The position numbers were made by a program, and so were the translations under genes. Positions 29,412-38,612 of a stretch of 64,000 nt of DNA are shown in pieces. The number at the start of each line of letters is the position of its first letter. The stretch's first letter is position 1. The stretch is from the NCBI RefSeq assembly GCF_032116555.1, contig NZ_CP134951.1, positions 124,001 to 188,000 of the forward strand. Direction: 5' to 3'. This DNA is from Halorarum halobium (GTDB lineage Archaea > Halobacteriota > Halobacteria > Halobacteriales > Haloferacaceae). The notes under the pieces were generated by a model that was not told the origin of the DNA, searched no databases, and was given only the letters and a program-made list of their open reading frames with translations.

Positions 29412-30020
29412 ATGCCACGCTTCACTGACGAACGGCGGGAGCGGATCCGGGAGACGCTTCACGAGACCGGGCGCGAACTGTTCGCCCGGTACGGGCTGGG
29501 AAAGACGACGATCGCCGAACTGACGGAGCCGGCCGGCATCGCCACCGGCACGTTCTACCAGTTCTACGACTCGAAGGAGGAGCTCTACATCGAGATTCTG
29601 GAGGCGTACGGCGAGGAGCTGATCCCCCGGCTGCTCGGCAACTCCTTCGAGGCCCACGACGATCCGGAGGAGGCGATCACGGCGTTCCTCGAGCTGCTGC
29701 TCGCCGAGTTCGAGTCGAACCCGTTCGTCCACCAGATCATCGTCGAGAACGAGTACGAACGCATCAAGGCGCAGTACACCGAGGAGGAGCTGGAGGCCGA
29801 GCGCGAGCGCGGCGCGGCCTACATCCTGCCGTACGTCGAGGAGTGGTACGACGAGGGCCGGATCGACGGCCCGGACCCCGAGACGATCGCACACGCCATC
29901 GAGTCGGTGTCCTACGTCGCGCTCCACGAGGACGACATCGGCGAGGAGCGCTACCCGGCGGTCCGGGACACGGTCATCTCGGCGGTCGCGGCCGGGCTGA
30001 CGAGCGACGAGCCGTCCTGA
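29412..30020 (+). CDS. TetR/AcrR family regulator
   Basis: LFARYGLGKTTIAEL...GTFYQFYDSKEEL. Confidence 0.92.
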   Translation: MPRFTDERRERIRETLHETGRELFARYGLGKTTIAELTEPAGIATGTFYQFYDSKEELYIEILEAYGEELIPRLLGNSFEAHDDPEEAITAFLELLLAEFESNPFVHQIIVENEYERIKAQYTEEELEAERERGAAYILPYVEEWYDEGRIDGPDPETIAHAIESVSYVALHEDDIGEERYPAVRDTVISAVAAGLTSDEPS

Positions 30021-30123
30021 CCGACGAGCCGCGGGAGCGACGAGCGGCAGGGTCGACGGTCCGGGGCCGCCGCGCGCACGCGACGGCGACCGCCGGCGAC
30101 GCCGACGCGGCGACCGCCGCCCG

Positions 30124-30150
30124 GTTCGACGGGCGAACCAGAACCCCCTT
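30124..30150 (+). promoter_or_regulatory. Shared upstream motif (copy 2)
   Basis: gttcgacgggcgaaccagaaccccctt; ACCA 38 nt before ATG 30175. Confidence 0.7.
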
Positions 30151-30174
30151 CTCCCCGAAGCCGATAGCGGGAGC

Positions 30175-30960
30175 ATGGACAGACGTTCGTTCCTCCGGGC
30201 CGCCGGCGCGGCCGGGATTACCGGGACCGCCGCCACGGCAGGCTGTCTGGGCGGCTCGGGCGGCGAGCCCGTCGAACTGACGAACGAGACGGACGGCTAC
30301 CCGCAGCCCCCCGAGAACGTGCCCGAGGAGCGCTCCATCGACACCGCGAGCTTCTCCACCACGAGCGTCGAGGGGACGGACGTCCCGCTCGCGCCCATCG
30401 AGGCCGCGCTCTACTGGCACCGGCGCCGCGAGGCCCGGTTCGCCGACGCGCGCGGCGAGAGCCAGTACGAGCGGTCGCGGATCACCGGCGCGGTGCTCAG
30501 CCCCGCGCCCGACGGCGGCGACTCCGACCCGGTCGCGGCCTGGCCCGAGGAGGACCGGATCGTCTGCTACTGCGGCTGTCCCCACCACCTCTCGTCGTTG
30601 CGGGCCGCGAGCCTCATCGAGAGCGGCTACGAGGAGGTGTACGTCATCGACGAGGGGTTCTGGGCGTGGCAGGACGGCGGCTACCCGATGGCCGGCTCGG
30701 CGGTCACCGACCGCCCCGAGACGCGGGCGATCCGCGGGCGGACGGGCGCCGAGTTCGCCGGCGAGATGGCCTGGGCGTGGCACGACGCGTCGGGCCAGCG
30801 GGAGGCCGCGCCGATCGACGCCGACGGGGGGTACCTGCTGGAGCTGAAGTTCTCCGGGCTCACCCGGACGACGCCGATCCGCGTCGAGACGCCAGCCTAC
30901 GAGCTGCAGGCGCCGCTGGGCGACCTCCTGTCGGGGGTCGTCACCGGGCCGGACGAGTAG
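30175..30960 (+). CDS. Tat lipoprotein with rhodanese-like domain
   Basis: MDRRSFL...AGC; FADAR...RITGA; IVCYCGCPHHLS; IDEGFWAW..GYP. Confidence 0.85.
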   Translation: MDRRSFLRAAGAAGITGTAATAGCLGGSGGEPVELTNETDGYPQPPENVPEERSIDTASFSTTSVEGTDVPLAPIEAALYWHRRREARFADARGESQYERSRITGAVLSPAPDGGDSDPVAAWPEEDRIVCYCGCPHHLSSLRAASLIESGYEEVYVIDEGFWAWQDGGYPMAGSAVTDRPETRAIRGRTGAEFAGEMAWAWHDASGQREAAPIDADGGYLLELKFSGLTRTTPIRVETPAYELQAPLGDLLSGVVTGPDE

Positions 30961-31038
30961 CGTCGGACGGGTCCGGGCCGGTGACCTGCGGCGCGCGTCG
31001 AGCCCGGCACGTCGTCGAGCCTCGGCCGACCGGCAGCC

Positions 31039-31067
31039 GTTCGAGAGCCGTACCAGAACCCCCTTTT
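31039..31067 (+). promoter_or_regulatory. Shared upstream motif (copy 3)
   Basis: gttcgagagccgtaccagaaccccctttt; ACCA 38 nt before ATG 31090. Confidence 0.7.
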
Positions 31068-31089
31068 CCGCGGCCCCGATAGCGAACGC

Positions 31090-32169
31090 ATGGACAGACG
31101 AACCTTCCTCCGGGCCGCCGGAGCCGCGGGACTCGCCGGGACGAGCGCGACGGCGGGCTGTCTCGGGTTCCAGCTCTCGGAGGGCGGCGTGCCGCCGGTC
31201 GTCGAGGACCGCCCCGACGCGGTGTACTACCCGAGCCACGTCGAGGGGATGGAGATGGCCGGGATGGGAACGGGCGGGGACTACCAGGTCGCGGTGATGT
31301 ACTCGTTCCCGCACCGCTTCTGGAACGTGAACGCCGAGTCGGTCGAGCGGACCGACATCCGGGGCGAGGACGCTGTCCACCTGATGACGGCGATCTGGGA
31401 CCCCGACACAGGGCAGATCCTCCCCGACACGGGGCTCTCGGTCGAGATCCTGCAGGACGGGGAGCTCGTCTCACAGGAGGTCATCTACCCGATGCTCTCC
31501 CAGCCGATGGGCTTTCACTACGGGGCCAACTTCCCGCTGCCCTCGGACGGCACCTACACCGTCCGCGCCGACGTCGGCGCGGTCACCACGCGCAAGACGG
31601 GCGCGTTCCGGGAGAAGTTCGCGGAGGCGGCGACCGTCGACGTCGCGTTCGAGTACAGCCAGTCCGCCGTGGACGACATCCAGTTCGAGACGCTCGACGA
31701 CGCCGGCGAGACGGGCGCGGTCGAGCCGATGTCGATGGAGATGCTCCCGCCCTCGACCGCGCCCGCGACCGACGAGCTCCCCGGGCGAGTCGTGGGCGAG
31801 GCGACGAGCAACGACGCGGTGCTGGTGGCGACCGTCCTCGACTCGCCGCCCGAGGGCGTCGAGGGCGACGGCTCGTATCTGGCCGTCTCCGCCCGGACGC
31901 CGTACAACCGGATGCTCATCCCGGCGATGGGGCTCGACGCGGCGCTGACGCGCGGCGACGAGTCCGTCTACGAGGGCGAACTGACCGCGACGCTCGACCC
32001 CGACCTCTCGTACCACTACGGCGCGGTCGTCGACGGCGTCGAGGACGGCGACGAACTCGAACTGACGCCGACCGTCTGGCCCCAGACCGCGCGCCACGAG
32101 GGGTACGAGACGGCGTTCGGCGCGCTCCAGGGCGGAATGCCCCCGGTGACGATCACGGTCGGGAACTGA
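31090..32169 (+). CDS. Tat lipoprotein, P19/Tp34(FetP)-like iron transporter (DUF7350-like)
   Basis: MDRRTFL...AGC; HLMTAIWD...PMLSQPMGFHYGANF; second HYGA; RHEGYETAF. Confidence 0.75.
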   Translation: MDRRTFLRAAGAAGLAGTSATAGCLGFQLSEGGVPPVVEDRPDAVYYPSHVEGMEMAGMGTGGDYQVAVMYSFPHRFWNVNAESVERTDIRGEDAVHLMTAIWDPDTGQILPDTGLSVEILQDGELVSQEVIYPMLSQPMGFHYGANFPLPSDGTYTVRADVGAVTTRKTGAFREKFAEAATVDVAFEYSQSAVDDIQFETLDDAGETGAVEPMSMEMLPPSTAPATDELPGRVVGEATSNDAVLVATVLDSPPEGVEGDGSYLAVSARTPYNRMLIPAMGLDAALTRGDESVYEGELTATLDPDLSYHYGAVVDGVEDGDELELTPTVWPQTARHEGYETAFGALQGGMPPVTITVGN

Positions 32170-32336
32170 GCCCGCGCGACCGAAACCGATCCGCGCGCTC
32201 GACCGACCCCGCCCGCTGACTGCCGTCGGCTCCACGACGGTCGACGGTCTCAACGACGGTCGGCCCCTCCACAACGCGTTCCTACCGGACGAAAGGCGGG
32301 TGCTAACGATGGCTCCGGGGACGGACCCTCTCCACG

Positions 32337-33479
32337 ATGGCGAGCGAGTCCGACGGGCAGGGGCGCCTCCCGACCGGAATCCCCTGGTCGTCGCCGACCG
32401 TCCGCGTCGTCCTGTTGAGCACCGTGCTGGCGCCGCTGGGCGTGCCGCTGATCAGCCCCGCGCTCCCGACCATCAGGGACGTGCTCGCGCTCACCGACGC
32501 GCAGGCGAGCCTGCTCGTCGACCGCGTCGGCCGGCGTCGCGTGCTTATCCCGTCGCTGTTCGCCTTCAGCCTCCTCGGGGCCGCCGTCGCGCTCGGGCCG
32601 CCGTACTGGGTCGTCCTCGCGGTTCGCGTCGTGCAGGGGACCGCCGCCGCGGCGCTTTTCATCACCACGGTCACGCTCATCGGGGACACGTTCGAGGGCG
32701 TCCGGCGGAACACGGTGCTCGGGGTGAACGTCGCGGTCCTCTCGGCCGGCGCGGCGGTCTACCCGCTCGTCGGCGGCGCGCTCGCGGCCGTCTCCTGGAA
32801 CGCGCCGTTCGCGGTGTACCTCGTCGGCCTCCCGGTCGCCGTGCTGGCCTACCGCGTCCTGCCGGAACCGGCCGGCGAGCGCGAGCGCCGGTCCGTCTCG
32901 TACCTCCGGAACGTCGTCTCCGCGCTCCCGGCGCGGGAGGCGGCCGCCCTCTACGGCTCGGCGTTCCTGATCGAACTGCTGCTGTTCGGCGCCGCGCTGA
33001 CGGCGGTCCCGTTCCTGCTCGACGGCACCTACGACCTCCCGGCGGTGCTCATCGGCGCGGTGGTGACGCTGACGGAGGTCGCCTCAGTCGTGACGTCCGC
33101 GCTGAACGGCGGGTTCTCGAGGCGCGTCTCGAACCACGGCATCATCGCCGCCGGCTTCGGCATCGTCGGCGGTGGCCTCGTGGCGGCGTGGTGGGCACCC
33201 ACGCTGGGCGTGCTCGTCGCGGCGACGGCCGCGCTCGGCGCGGGCTGGGGGACGGTGCTCCCGTCGCTCGACGCCGGCGTGAGCGAGGGCGTCGAGACGC
33301 GCTTTCGGGCCGGGGCGCTGAGCTTCCGGAACAGCACGACGTTCCTCGGCCGGGCGCTCGGGCCGTGGCTGTTCACGACGCTCGTGGTCGGGCGCGGCTA
33401 CCGGCCGTTGTTGCTCGTCGCCGGCGGCTGCGCGCTGGCTTTCGTGCCCGTCGTGCTGTTACTGGGACGGCGAGGGTGA
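32337..33479 (+). CDS. MFS transporter (appears to lack TM2)
   Basis: ISPALP, DRVGRRRV motif A, RVVQG, FRAGALS. Confidence 0.85.
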   Translation: MASESDGQGRLPTGIPWSSPTVRVVLLSTVLAPLGVPLISPALPTIRDVLALTDAQASLLVDRVGRRRVLIPSLFAFSLLGAAVALGPPYWVVLAVRVVQGTAAAALFITTVTLIGDTFEGVRRNTVLGVNVAVLSAGAAVYPLVGGALAAVSWNAPFAVYLVGLPVAVLAYRVLPEPAGERERRSVSYLRNVVSALPAREAAALYGSAFLIELLLFGAALTAVPFLLDGTYDLPAVLIGAVVTLTEVASVVTSALNGGFSRRVSNHGIIAAGFGIVGGGLVAAWWAPTLGVLVAATAALGAGWGTVLPSLDAGVSEGVETRFRAGALSFRNSTTFLGRALGPWLFTTLVVGRGYRPLLLVAGGCALAFVPVVLLLGRRG

Positions 33480-33503
33480 CGAGTGGACGACCGCCGGGGG
33501 TCG

Positions 33504-36134
33504 CTACGCCTCGGACGCCGCCGTCACGGCGTCCCCGGATTCGGCGCCCTCGTCCGCGGGCGAGATGCGCGCCAGCCGCATCGCGTTGGCCGTCACGCCC
33601 GTCGTCATGCCCGCGTCGCCGACGAGGACTGCCGCCCAGATGGGGACCAGCCCGAACGGGACGCCGAGCGCGAGCGCTGCCTTCGCCGCGAGGCTCGTCC
33701 AGACGTTCTGCCGGATGATGCCGTTGCCCGTGTTCGCCAGCTCGTAGAGGTACGGGAGCTTCGTGAGGTCGTCGGCCAGCAACGCGATGTCGGCCGTCTC
33801 CAGGGCCGTGTCCGTGCCGGCCGCGCCCATGGCGACCCCGACGGTCGCGGTCGCCAGCGCCGGCGCGTCGTTGATGCCGTCCCCGACCATCGCGGCCGTG
33901 CCGTGCTCGGCCTGCAACTCCTCGACGGCCGCCACCTTCTCCTTGGGCAGGAGTTCGGCGCGGTACTCGTCGACGCCGACCTCCTCGGCGATGGCCCGCG
34001 CCGTCCGGTCGTTGTCGCCGGTGAGCATCGCGGTGGCGACGCCGGCCTCGCGGAGCCGTTCGACGGTCCGTCTCGCCTCGGGGCGGACTTCGTCGGCGAC
34101 GGCGATGACGCCCTCGAGTTCGTCCTCGGTTCCCACCAGGACGACCGTCTTCCCCTCCGACTGGAGCGCCGGGACGGTGTCCTCCAGCAGGTCGAGACAG
34201 TTGTGGCGCTCGCAGAGTTCGCGGGTCGTTCGGGTGACGACGCCCCCGTCGGTCGCGGCGTGGACGTGCGAGAGGTCGAAGCCGAGCTCCTCGAACAGCC
34301 CCGGCTTCCCGGCGTAGTGCTGCCGACCGCCGAGTTCGGCGGCGACGCCCTTGCCGGTGATGCTCTCGAAGGCCGAGATCTCCCGCTCGGCAGCGTCGCC
34401 GGCCGCGCCGTTCGATCCGGCCGATCCGGCCCTCCCGTCCCCGTTCCCCTCGGCGTGCTCGACGATGGCGTCGCCGATGGGGTGCTCCGAGCGGAGTTCG
34501 AGCCCGCGGGCACACTCCAGCACGTCAGCCTCCGAGCGGTCGCCCAGCGGGACGACGTCCGTGACCGCCAGTTCGCCCCTCGTCAGCGTGCCCGTCTTGT
34601 CGAACGCGACCGCGTCGACGTCGCCCATCGCCTCCAGGTGGTCGCCCCCCTTCACGAGCACGCCGTTGCGCGCCGCGCTCGTCAGCCCCGAGACGACCGT
34701 CACGGGCGTCGAGATGACGAACGCGCACGGGCACGCCAGCACGATCAGCGTCAGCCCGTAGACGACGTACTGCTGGGCCGGCGCGCCGAACGCGAGCGGC
34801 GGGACGACCGCGAGCAGCGCCGCCGCCGTCACGACGACCGGGGTGTAGTAACCCGCGAAGCGCTCGACGAACTGCTCGCGCTCGGTCCGGTTCGCCTGCG
34901 CGTCCTCGACGAGGTCGACGATGCGCGCGAGCGTGTCCTCGCCCGCCGCCGAGGTCACCTCGATCTCGAGGTAGCCCTCCTCGTTGACGGTGCCGGCGAA
35001 CACCTCGTCGCCGGCCGTCTTGTCCACCGGGACGCTCTCGCCGGTTACTGGCGCCTGGTTCACCGCGCTGGTCCCGTCGCGGACGACGCCGTCGCGGGGG
35101 ATCTTCTCGCCCGGCCGCACGACGACCGTCTCGCCCACGTCCACGTCCTCCGCCGGGACGGTCACCTCGTCGCCGTCGCGGACGACCGTCGCCTCGTCCG
35201 GCGAGAGATCCATCAGCTCCCGGAGCGAGGTGCGCGCGCGGTCCATCGCGTACTCCTCCAGCAGCTCGGCGACGCCGAACAGCGTCGCCAGCATCGCGGC
35301 CTCGAAGTAGAACGGCTCGGCGAAGCCGACGCTGACGATCACCGCCCCGGAGATGGCGACGCTCATCAGCAGATCCATGTCGAGGCTGCGGTTCCGGAGC
35401 GAGTAGTAGCCGTTCCGGAACACGGCGGCGCCGGCGAGCGCCACGGCCGCGAGGTAGAACAGCGTGCCGACGACGACGGTCGTCCCCGCCACCTCGACGG
35501 TCGGTCCGGTCGCCTCCGTGAGCGGGTTCGCGAGCAGGAAGCCGACCGCCGTCGCGCCGGCGGCGACCCACGTCGAGACCGCGCGCCTGCTCCGCCAGAC
35601 GCTCCCGCGGTCGGCGGCCGACCCGTCGCTCTCGTCCGCCGTCTCGACGACCTCGTAGCCCGCGGACTCGACGGCCGCGACGAGCGCCTCGCGGTCCGTC
35701 GCGTCGGGGGCGTACCGCACGAGGACGGTGCCGGTCGTCGGCATCGTGTCGTACTCGCGGGCGCCCGCGACGCCCTCGATGGCCGCAGAGACCTTCCCCG
35801 CACAGGAGGCACAGTCCATGTCGGGAACCGAGAGCCGCAGCGAGGGTTCCTCCCCGTCGGCGACCTCGTAGCCGGCCGCCTCGACGCGCCCCGCGACCGC
35901 GTCGGCGTCGGTAGTGCCGCGGTCGTAGGTGACGACCAGCCGCCCGGTCGTCGGTCGTGCGTCGATCCCCTCGACACCGTCGAGCCGCGAAACGCTCGAC
36001 TCCACCTTGTCGGCGCACGAGGCGCAGTCCATGTCGGGGACGGAAAGGGAGACGACGTCGCCCTCGTCGGGACGATCACCCTGGAACGGGTCCCCGTCGG
36101 CGGGCCCATCCGGTCCGTCGCTCGAATCGGTCAT
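33504..36134 (-). CDS. Heavy-metal P1B-type ATPase (Zn/Cd/Pb-like)
   Basis: Two MDCASC HMA domains, TGES, CPC, DKTGT, SEHP, GDGINDAP. Confidence 0.95.
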   Translation of the reverse strand: MTDSSDGPDGPADGDPFQGDRPDEGDVVSLSVPDMDCASCADKVESSVSRLDGVEGIDARPTTGRLVVTYDRGTTDADAVAGRVEAAGYEVADGEEPSLRLSVPDMDCASCAGKVSAAIEGVAGAREYDTMPTTGTVLVRYAPDATDREALVAAVESAGYEVVETADESDGSAADRGSVWRSRRAVSTWVAAGATAVGFLLANPLTEATGPTVEVAGTTVVVGTLFYLAAVALAGAAVFRNGYYSLRNRSLDMDLLMSVAISGAVIVSVGFAEPFYFEAAMLATLFGVAELLEEYAMDRARTSLRELMDLSPDEATVVRDGDEVTVPAEDVDVGETVVVRPGEKIPRDGVVRDGTSAVNQAPVTGESVPVDKTAGDEVFAGTVNEEGYLEIEVTSAAGEDTLARIVDLVEDAQANRTEREQFVERFAGYYTPVVVTAAALLAVVPPLAFGAPAQQYVVYGLTLIVLACPCAFVISTPVTVVSGLTSAARNGVLVKGGDHLEAMGDVDAVAFDKTGTLTRGELAVTDVVPLGDRSEADVLECARGLELRSEHPIGDAIVEHAEGNGDGRAGSAGSNGAAGDAAEREISAFESITGKGVAAELGGRQHYAGKPGLFEELGFDLSHVHAATDGGVVTRTTRELCERHNCLDLLEDTVPALQSEGKTVVLVGTEDELEGVIAVADEVRPEARRTVERLREAGVATAMLTGDNDRTARAIAEEVGVDEYRAELLPKEKVAAVEELQAEHGTAAMVGDGINDAPALATATVGVAMGAAGTDTALETADIALLADDLTKLPYLYELANTGNGIIRQNVWTSLAAKAALALGVPFGLVPIWAAVLVGDAGMTTGVTANAMRLARISPADEGAESGDAVTAASEA

Positions 36135-36285
36135 CGTCGGAGTTCGGGGGCGACCACCTATTAAACTGGCTGCTATGAGACGGCCGATGGAAGGTAATGA
36201 ATAGTATTTCTACCCGGCTATTTTATTAACTCGTGTGGCGGGCGGCGGTCGTGACACACTTGGTGCGGGGCGGCGAGTCGGAGCC

Positions 36286-37566
36286 ATGGTCGGAGAAGCC
36301 GAGCACCCGTCCGGGGAGACGGGACCGCTCGACGGCGTGACGGTGCTCGACGCCTCCCGCGTGCTCGTCGGGCCGTTCTGCACGATGCAACTGGGCGATC
36401 TGGGCGCGGATGTCATCAAGGTCGAACGGCCGGGCACCGGGGACGGGACCCGCGAGTGGCACCCGCCGCGCTACGGCGACGCCACGGACAGCGCCTACTA
36501 CATGAGCGTCAACCGGAACAAGCGCTCGGTCACGCTGGCGCTCGACACCGAGGCGGGCCGCGACGCCTTCCGCGAACTGGCCGCCGACGCCGACGTGCTC
36601 GTCGAGAACTTCCGTGTCGGCCACATGGACGACTGGGGGCTCGGCTACGCAGACCTGCGCGAGCGCAATCCCGGGCTGATCTACTGTGCGCTCTCGGGCT
36701 ACGGCGAGTGGGGACCCGACCGCGACCGGCCCGCATACGACATCATGATGCAGGCCGAGGGCGGGCTGATGTCCATCACGGGCGTCGACGGCGGCGCGCC
36801 GGTCCGCGTGGGCGTCGCGCTCGCCGACGTCGGGGCGGGGATGTACGCGACCCAGGCCGTCCTCGCCGCGCTGTTCGAGCGGGAGTTCGGCGACGGCACC
36901 GGACAGAAAGTCGACGTCAGCCTGCTCGACGGGCAGGCCGCCTGGATGAGCTACATGGCGACGAACTACTTCGCCACGGGCGACCCGCCGGGGCGGATGG
37001 GCAGCAAGCACCCGAACCTCGTCCCGTACCGCGCGTTCGAGACGGCCGACGACTACGCCGTCGTCGCGGTCGCCAGCGAGCACGTCTGGGAGCGCTTCTG
37101 CCGCGCGCTCGACCGTCCCGACCTCTACGCCGACGAGCGGTTCGAGACGAACAGCGACCGGGTCGCCAACCGCGAGGCGCTCGACGCCGAACTCGAACCG
37201 TGGTTCGCCGAGCGCGGGACGGAGGTGGTGCTCGCGCGACTCGAAGCCCACGACGTGCCCGCGAGCGGTGTGAACGACGTGGCCGACGTGTTCTCGCACC
37301 CGCAGGTGCTCGCCCGGGGGATGCGCGCGAGCGTCGAGCATCCCACCGCCGGGGAGGTGAACGACCCGAACCGGCAATCGACCGCCGGGGAGGTGGAGTT
37401 CCCCGGCAGCCCCATGCACCTCTCGCGGACGCCGACGACCGTCCGCCGCCACCCGCCGCTGCTCGGCGAGCACACCGACGAGGTGCTCCGCGAGCACGGC
37501 TACTCGGAGTCACGGATAGCGAACCTGTACGAGGCGGGCGCGCTCGGCGAGCGGGGCGACGAGTAG
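36286..37566 (+). CDS. CaiB/BaiF (family III) CoA transferase
   Basis: PLDGVTVLD, LGADVIKVE, NRNKRS, VENFR, PPLLGEH. Confidence 0.93.
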   Translation: MVGEAEHPSGETGPLDGVTVLDASRVLVGPFCTMQLGDLGADVIKVERPGTGDGTREWHPPRYGDATDSAYYMSVNRNKRSVTLALDTEAGRDAFRELAADADVLVENFRVGHMDDWGLGYADLRERNPGLIYCALSGYGEWGPDRDRPAYDIMMQAEGGLMSITGVDGGAPVRVGVALADVGAGMYATQAVLAALFEREFGDGTGQKVDVSLLDGQAAWMSYMATNYFATGDPPGRMGSKHPNLVPYRAFETADDYAVVAVASEHVWERFCRALDRPDLYADERFETNSDRVANREALDAELEPWFAERGTEVVLARLEAHDVPASGVNDVADVFSHPQVLARGMRASVEHPTAGEVNDPNRQSTAGEVEFPGSPMHLSRTPTTVRRHPPLLGEHTDEVLREHGYSESRIANLYEAGALGERGDE

Positions 37567-37616
37567 CCGTGGCGGCGGGGACCGCCCGCCAGCGTCGCCT
37601 CACTCCCGGTCCCGAC

Positions 37617-38093
37617 TCACTCCTGGACGTTGCCGCACTCGGTGCAGGTCAGCCGGAACCGGCCGTCGGCCATCGCCACGTCCTTGACGCGCTCTTCGTC
37701 ACACTCCGGGCAGTAGGCGTGCGACTGGAGTTCGTCCCAGTCGTGCATCGCGCCGGGCGCGCCGAGCGCCCAGCCGGCGACGCGCTCGTCGCCGTCGTTG
37801 TACCCCGTCTGGAACTGGCCCGGCGGGAAGCGGATCAGTTCGCCCGCGTCGACGGCCACCGACTCGCGGTCGACCCCGACGTCGAACGTCGCGGTCCCGG
37901 ACTCGACGTAGAACACCTCCTCCTGGTCGTTGTGGCGGTGGAGGCCGCCCGAGAACGACTCGCCGGGTTCGAGCTCGAAGTAGTTCATGGCGAAGTCGGT
38001 CGTGCCGAGCGCCCGCGAAACGGGCTTGCGGACGCTGTGGACCTCCATCGGGTTCAACTCGTTCTCGACGGCATCGACCGCGACTTTCTCCAT
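37617..38093 (-). CDS. Cupin protein with C-terminal Zn-ribbon
   Basis: LEPGESFSGGLHRHNDQEEVFYV; CPEC...CTEC. Confidence 0.85.
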   Translation of the reverse strand: MEKVAVDAVENELNPMEVHSVRKPVSRALGTTDFAMNYFELEPGESFSGGLHRHNDQEEVFYVESGTATFDVGVDRESVAVDAGELIRFPPGQFQTGYNDGDERVAGWALGAPGAMHDWDELQSHAYCPECDEERVKDVAMADGRFRLTCTECGNVQE

Positions 38094-38201
38094 GGCGGGG
38101 TGCTGGGGCGAACGCGTCAAAAAACGGACGGCCTCGGGCCGAGGCGGCTCTCCGGCGACCGCTCCGAACCGCTTTTGCGCCCTGGGCACCCTCCCCCCCT
38201 C

Positions 38202-38540
38202 GTGCCCAGTCGACTCGTCCACGGCGTCCGGGTCCGCGGCGTCGACGTCGACTCCGAGACGCGGTGTGCCCACTACGGGACCGAACGGGACGTGATCGCG
38301 CTCCGGTTCGGCTGCTGTGGCGAGTTCTTCCCCTGTTTCGAGTGTCACGACGCGGTGGCCGAACACGGCTCCGAGCCGTGGCCCCGCGACCGGTTCGACG
38401 AGCCGGCGGTGCTGTGTGGCGGTTGCGGGGCCGAACTGACGGTCGAGGAGTACCGCGACTGCGACCACTCGTGTCCCCGGTGCGACGCCGATTTCAACCC
38501 CGGCTGTGCCGAGCACGAGGACCGATACTTCGAGCCGTGA
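38202..38540 (+). CDS. CHY zinc-finger protein
   Basis: TRCAHY...CC..FPCFECH...CGGC...CPRC..FNPGC..H; GTG start inferred. Confidence 0.85.
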   Translation: MPSRLVHGVRVRGVDVDSETRCAHYGTERDVIALRFGCCGEFFPCFECHDAVAEHGSEPWPRDRFDEPAVLCGGCGAELTVEEYRDCDHSCPRCDADFNPGCAEHEDRYFEP

Positions 38541-38612
38541 AATGCCAACTCGATGGGCGAATCAGCCGTCAGTTCATCAAACTTTATTAATCCAAGCCGC
38601 CTCCATTCATAC

